64,000 nucleotides of DNA from Alphaproteobacteria bacterium (lineage in GTDB: Bacteria; Pseudomonadota; Alphaproteobacteria; Bin95): assembly GCA_963665325.3 (NCBI GenBank), contig OZ224045.1:448001-512000 (forward strand). The letters run 5' to 3'. Shown here piece by piece: positions 59,352-64,000 of the stretch. The first letter of the stretch is position 1. Each line of letters starts with the position of its first letter. Made by a program: the position numbers and the translations under genes. The notes below the pieces were generated by a model. The model searched no databases, was not told the origin of the DNA, and saw only the letters and a list, made by a program, of their open reading frames with translations.

Positions 59352-59597
59352 ACCGCTCCCATTGTCACACTGCGTAAAGCGGCCGGCCCGTGGCCGGAAG
59401 CTTGCTTACGGCCATGGATGCACTCCGTCGGAGGGACGGCGGCGGGTCACCCGAAGGGCCGGAGCGCAGCGCAGGAGCCGCGAAGCGGCTTGACGCGCCG
59501 ACGGCCGTCCGACACCCCCGCCGTCACGCCCGGCCCGACGCCTGAAAACCATCGAACAACGTGACCATCCCGCCATCAGATACCGAGAGCACACTCA

Positions 59598-60761
59598 GGC
59601 GGCTTCGACGGCCGCGAGGGGACGTTCTCGCTCGACGGCACGGTCACCACGGGCATGCTCGGCGCGGACTATGCCCGCGGCAAGTGGCTGGTCGGCCTTG
59701 CGCTCGCGCAAAGCGAGGGCGAGGGCGACTACCGCGACAGCGATGTCGCTCCCCGCTCCAACAGCCAGACCTGCCCCTCCGATGCGGAGGGCGCGGACGC
59801 CGAACTGTGCCGGAACGCGGTGCGGGCGGGCGACGGCAAGGTGGAGGCGTCGCTGACGGCGGCGATCCCCTATGCGGCGTTGCAGGTCTCGGAGCGCCTG
59901 AAGCTCTGGGGCGCGGCGGGCTACGGTTCGGGCGAGGTAACGCTGAAGACCGCGCTCGGCGGGAGCTACAAGGCGGACACCAGCTGGAGCATGGCGGCGG
60001 CCGGGCTTCGGGGCGACCTGCTGGCTGCCCCGGCGGAGGGTTCCGGCCCGGCGCTGGCGGTGACCTCGGACGCGCTGTGGACGCGGAGCTCTTCTGAGAA
60101 GACCCGCGACCTCGCGGCGTCGGAGTCCGACGCGACCCGGCTGAGGCTCGGCCTGGAGGGCAGCTACCGCATGGCCCTTGAGGGCGGCGGTCATCTGACG
60201 CCGAAGCTGGAGGTCGGCGCGCGCCATGACGGCGGCGACGCGGAGACCGGCTTCGGGGTCGAGATCGGCGGCGGGATCGCGTGGAGCGACCCGGCGCTAG
60301 GTCTGTCGCTGGACGTCTCGGGGCGCACGCTGATCGCGCACGGCAACGACGACCTGAAGGACCGGGGCTATGCGGCCGCGCTCGCCTTCGATCCGGACCC
60401 GGCGACCGGGCGGGGTCCGTCGCTGAGCCTGCGCCAGGAGTTCGGCGGGCAGGCCAATGGCGGTCTCGACGCGCTGTTCCAGCCGGCGACGCTGGAGGAC
60501 CGCACGGGCAGCGAGGCCGCGTCCCGCTGGGCGATGGAGGCGGCCTACGGCTTCCCGGCCTTCGGCGGGCGCTGGACCGGCAGCCCGCATATGGGTCTGG
60601 GGCTCGCTACGGCTACGCGCGACTACAGCCTCGGCTGGCGCCTGACGCCGGAAGCCGCGAACGCGCCCGCCCTGTCGTTCGGTCTCAGGGCGACACGGCG
60701 GGAGAGCGACACGGCGCAGGCGGAGCACACGGTCGGGGTCGAGATTACCGCCCGCTGGTGA
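59598..60761 (+). pseudogene. Autotransporter adhesin, fragment 3 (beta-barrel)
   Basis: TGMLGADY, RLRLGLEGS, GARHDGGDAETGFG and amphipathic strands ending in W. Confidence 0.9.
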
Positions 60762-60877
60762 GCCATGGCATGGGCCGATGACTGCGCCCCGGATCGGAGA
60801 CCGGCCGACACGGCCTCCGGTCCGGCGGTGGCGCCCTGCGGCAGCCTGTCCCGGACCCGATCCGGGAGCGGCTGACC

Positions 60878-61584
60878 GTGGCGCGGCGGGTCAGCGGATG
60901 GGACGCGGTGCGCGCCTGGCGCTTCATCGGCGCGAGCAAGGCGTATCGCAACGCGTGGAAGCGGCGCCGGCCGCAGCCCGGCCTGCCGGAACGCGCACCG
61001 TTCCCGGTGCGGCTCCAGACCTCGGTCGACCTCGCCGCCATGGCCTGGGGCATGGCGGCCTGGGAGGACCCCCATTCGGCGCGGCCGCTGGCGCCGTTCT
61101 GGGCCCGGGCCGGCGTCATCGAGGGACGGGTGACGCGGGATACGCCGCCGCTGGTGCGGCTTGCAGCCGAGGGAGACGCCGCGCTCTCCGGTCTGCGTCT
61201 CGCCGACGGCGCGCTGCTGGTGAGGATCGAGCGGCCGGGCGTGTCGGTCCCGGTCCGTCTGCCGGCCGGTACGGTGTTTCCCGAGGACGGCGGGCTGCGT
61301 CTCGTGCTGGAGCGTGAGGTGGCGCGCATCGAGGACGTCTGGTCGGGGTTCCCGGCCCCTCGACCGGGGCGGGCACGGGGGACGGGGACGGTGAGCTTCT
61401 GCTGGCGCTGGAGATGGAGGCCGAAGGGCTCACGCAGCGCGACTACGCGCTGCGCTTCTGGAAGGCGAAGAAGGTCGAGGAAGACTACTACACCGGCAGC
61501 TGGATGCATGAGCGCGTCAAGCGCCGGTTCGCCTCGGCAAGGCGCATCCTGAAGCGGTACCGCGACATGGCCGCCGGGGCGTAG
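60878..61584 (+). CDS. DUF2285/FseA-like transcriptional activator, frameshifted near 61356-61381
   Basis: N-terminal W.F...YR.AW...WG....EDP. The -1 frame gives LLALE...G.TQRDYA..FW....V...Y...S....RVKRR...A..IL..YR. Confidence 0.6.
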
Positions 61585-62100
61585 TCCGCGGGCCGCGCCA
61601 TCGCCCTTCCGGTGGCGACGGTGCGGCGGTGCGGCGGCGTGCAAGGTCGGGTTTTCGTCTGCCTTTGAGACGGAAATGGCGGGCCGGCATCCTCGGCCGC
61701 AAGTGAAAGTGAAGCGGACCCAAGCCCGCCTGTCCGTCTTTCCACGTTCGGCATTCGGGCCCGTCGGACACCACCGTGACGCATCGCGGTCCCCGCCGGA
61801 CGTTCACCGCGTCCGCACGCCGTCCCGGTGCCGGGGCGGCGGGGTCCGTCGCCGCGGCACCGGGTGCCGATTCTCAATGTAGCCGACAGCGGTGTCCCGA
61901 TCGACGCCGACGCCGGGTGTCGCACAGTCGCCGCCCGGGCCGAATCGCCCCTTCCGATATTCCCCGCGCCGGACCGCCCGGCGCCTTCCCGAAGGGGCGT
62001 TTCGGTCCCGGACTATCGGGTCGGCCCGATCGCGCACGGACGCGAATTCGCATGCCAGTCGCCGGCCGGCGGCGCGTGGCGACGTCTGGCGGCCAAACTG

Positions 62101-62133
62101 AGGGGCGGTTTTCGACGCCCGAAAAACGCCCCT
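62101..62133. promoter_or_regulatory. Inverted repeat upstream of the excisionase-tra operon
   Basis: AGGGGCGGTTTTCG-N5-CGAAAAACGCCCCT. Confidence 0.45.
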
Positions 62134-62224
62134 ATCCGAAATTCCCCTTCCTTGTTCCGATGCCCGCGCATGCGCCCGGATCGACCGGGGCCGGCTGTGA
62201 ATTCGGGAGAAGGAGGAGAAGCGA

Positions 62225-62488
62225 ATGACGCAGAGGGGGACGATCTATCTGACGACGCGCGAGGCGGCGGCCCATCTGGGCCTGTCGACGCGCACGCTGG
62301 ACCGCTATCGGGTGTCGGGCGAGGGGCCGGTGTTCCTGCGCTTCGGCGGGCGGGTGCGCTATCTGCGCGAGGACCTCGACGCCTGGGCCAGGACGCGCCG
62401 GCGCAAGTCGACCTCGGATGACGGCACCGGCGAACGCCCGGCGCTGCCGGCCCCGGATAGCGATCCGGCGCCGGGGGCGGCCCGATGA
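62225..62488 (+). CDS. RdfS-like excisionase / HTH_17 regulator
   Basis: YLTTREAA.HLGLS.RTL.RYR..G.GP.F...GGRV.Y...DLDAW.....KSTSD; RBS AGGAG. Confidence 0.85.
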   Translation: MTQRGTIYLTTREAAAHLGLSTRTLDRYRVSGEGPVFLRFGGRVRYLREDLDAWARTRRRKSTSDDGTGERPALPAPDSDPAPGAAR

Positions 62489-62811
62489 GCGCGGCGACCA
62501 GGAGAATGCCGGTCGTCGGCATGGCCCGTGCGGGCGCCGTGATGGCGATTGCTGCGGCGACCGTGCTGGTCGCCCCGGAGATCGCGCTGGCGACCACGGA
62601 CACAACCTTCGATGCCCCGCTCGACACGGTGCAGGACATCGTGGGCGGCAGCGGCGGGCAGCTCGCGGCGGCGCTCGCCGTCGGCGCGGCCCTGGTCGGC
62701 TCGGTGCTGCGCTTCAACGCGATGCAGCTGATGGGCGCGGTCGGGGTCGGCATAGCGGCCGGCGCCGGCACCGGCATCGTGACCGGCCTGGTCGGCACGG
62801 CGATCGTCTGA
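62485..62811 (+). CDS. traA: Putative F-type conjugative pilin
   Basis: Signal peptide plus two hydrophobic helices, directly upstream of traL. Confidence 0.65.
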   Translation: MSAATRRMPVVGMARAGAVMAIAAATVLVAPEIALATTDTTFDAPLDTVQDIVGGSGGQLAAALAVGAALVGSVLRFNAMQLMGAVGVGIAAGAGTGIVTGLVGTAIV

Positions 62812-63104
62812 TGAACGACACCGCGCGCCACACCATCCCGCGCCGTCTCGACGACCCGGAGCGCTGGCTGTTCTGGACCGTCGACGAGGCGGCGGCGCTG
62901 ATGGGCCCGGCGCTCCTCGGGCTTGCCGCCAACCAGTTCGTGCCGGGGCTGGTGGCCGGCGTCGGCGGCTGGCTGCTGCTCAGGCGCGTGAAGCGCGGCG
63001 GCGGGGCCAACATCGCGCGCTACGCGCTCTACTGGTTCCTGCCGGACTTCGTGCTGCGTCTGAAGGCGACGCCGCCGAGCCATCTCCGGCGCTTCGCGGG
63101 CTGA
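62811..63104 (+). CDS. traL: Conjugal transfer protein TraL
   Basis: IPRRLDDPER.LFWT.DE, LYWFLP, TPPSH.R.F.G. Confidence 0.9.
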   Translation: MNDTARHTIPRRLDDPERWLFWTVDEAAALMGPALLGLAANQFVPGLVAGVGGWLLLRRVKRGGGANIARYALYWFLPDFVLRLKATPPSHLRRFAG

Positions 63105-63114
63105 GGCGGGAAGG

Positions 63115-63681
63115 ATGCGGCGTCCGGACCTCGACCTTGCCGTCCGCCGGGTGCGGGACATCCGCCTGGCGCTGGCCGGGCTGCTGGTGCTCTCGATGAC
63201 GGCCAACCTCGCGCTCACGGTGGGCTTCGCCGGACGCGAGACCGTGACCGTGCTGCTGCCGGCAACGGCGGGTCCGGCATGGGAGCTCGGCAGCGGGGGC
63301 GCGGGGGAAGGCCGGGCCGGCGCCCGGTATCTGGAGGACATGGCGCGCACCGTCGCGGTGACCTTGCTCACGCTGACGCCGGAGAACGCGGCCCATGTGC
63401 GGCTGGCGGCGGCGCGCATGAGCCACCCCTCGGCCCGGGGCGCGATCGGCGCCTGGGTCGAGACCGAGGCCGCCCGCATGGCCGGGCGCGATCTCGCCAG
63501 CGCGTTCTATCCCGACGGCATCGAGGCCGATCCCGAGCGGCTCACGGTGGAGATATCGGGCGAGCTGGTGACCTGGATCGGGCGCGAGGAGGCCTCGCGC
63601 GAGGACCGGCGCTACCGGCTCGCCTTCCGCATCGAGGCCGGGCGCATCGGCCTGCTGCGCTTCGAACAGATGGAGGACTGA
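63115..63681 (+). CDS. traE: Conjugal transfer protein TraE
   Basis: TM, YLEDMA.....LL.LTPEN, S.FYP, G.L.TWIG. Confidence 0.85.
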   Translation: MRRPDLDLAVRRVRDIRLALAGLLVLSMTANLALTVGFAGRETVTVLLPATAGPAWELGSGGAGEGRAGARYLEDMARTVAVTLLTLTPENAAHVRLAAARMSHPSARGAIGAWVETEAARMAGRDLASAFYPDGIEADPERLTVEISGELVTWIGREEASREDRRYRLAFRIEAGRIGLLRFEQMED

Positions 63682-63683
63682 TC

Positions 63684-64000
63684 GTGAAACGGATACATCG
63701 GTGGGCGCTCGCCATTGCATGCGCCATGTTCATGGGCGCGGTGCTGGCGCCCGTCCCGGCGCTGGCGATGCAGATCCTGGAGGCGGTCGACCACGCCGAG
63801 CTCGCGGCGGAGGTCTCGGCGAAGGAGGTCAACCGCATCGCGCTCATCGGCGACCGGATCGCGCGGGCGGTGCGCGCGCCGGACGGCTTCGCGGTCGAGC
63901 ATGACGCGGCGTCGGGCGACCTCTATCTGAGGTCCGCCGTCGCGGGGTCTCCGGAGACGGGGACCGGACAGGCGGTCCGATACGACCCGGTCACGCTGTT
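63684..64000 (+). CDS. traK: Conjugal transfer secretin TraK (3' partial)
   Basis: GTG start, signal peptide, S...VNRIAL.GDRI, D..SGDLYL, P.TL; follows traE. Confidence 0.8.
   Translation, partial: MKRIHRWALAIACAMFMGAVLAPVPALAMQILEAVDHAELAAEVSAKEVNRIALIGDRIARAVRAPDGFAVEHDAASGDLYLRSAVAGSPETGTGQAVRYDPVTL

Larger units (their letters stand above)
55215..59597 (+). mobile_element. Four-gene DDE transposon (4,383 bp) with a 6-bp TSD
   Basis: TGAG...CTCA ends; GGCGGC at 55209-55214 and 59598-59603; removal restores GRAAQGGFDGREG in frame. Confidence 0.93.

Noticed and set aside
61600-62100. Possible oriT or small genes between the activator and the excisionase
   Set aside because: Only weak GC-rich inverted repeats and non-coding-like ORFs are present; there is no relaxase in the window to anchor a call.

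Overview
High-GC window, probably from an Alphaproteobacterium (inferred from gene content), made up almost entirely of nested mobile DNA inside what looks like a conjugative element. (1) 1-4435: a RIT element (three tyrosine recombinases) interrupts a group II intron RT gene, and the intron sits in the right end of a TGA...TCA DDE transposon. (2) One ~1942-aa Calx-beta autotransporter adhesin gene, preceded by a consensus promoter and a 33x 8-bp tandem repeat, is split into three pieces. A complete 45,476-bp Mu-like transposable prophage with a P2-like contractile tail (5329-50804, TG...CA, 5-bp TSD CAGGC) is inserted at the signal-peptide cleavage site. A 4,383-bp four-gene transposon (55215-59597, 6-bp TSD GGCGGC) encodes a Zn-finger/HTH protein, a DDE transposase, an ExeA-like ATPase and a RepA-like helicase followed by iteron-like repeats. 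(3) 60878-64000: a DUF2285/FseA-like activator, an RdfS-like excisionase and F-type traA-L-E-K. Notable phage features are a probable portal-MuF-kinase-ADP-ribosyltransferase fusion, a 7-kb extra module in the head operon (fibre-like proteins, a rubredoxin fusion, an Acb2/Tad1-like gene with an internal amber codon), a PAAR-FN3 spike tip, two DNA methyltransferases and phage ends densely packed with GANTC sites. All protein family calls come from motif recognition by eye; no database searches were run.
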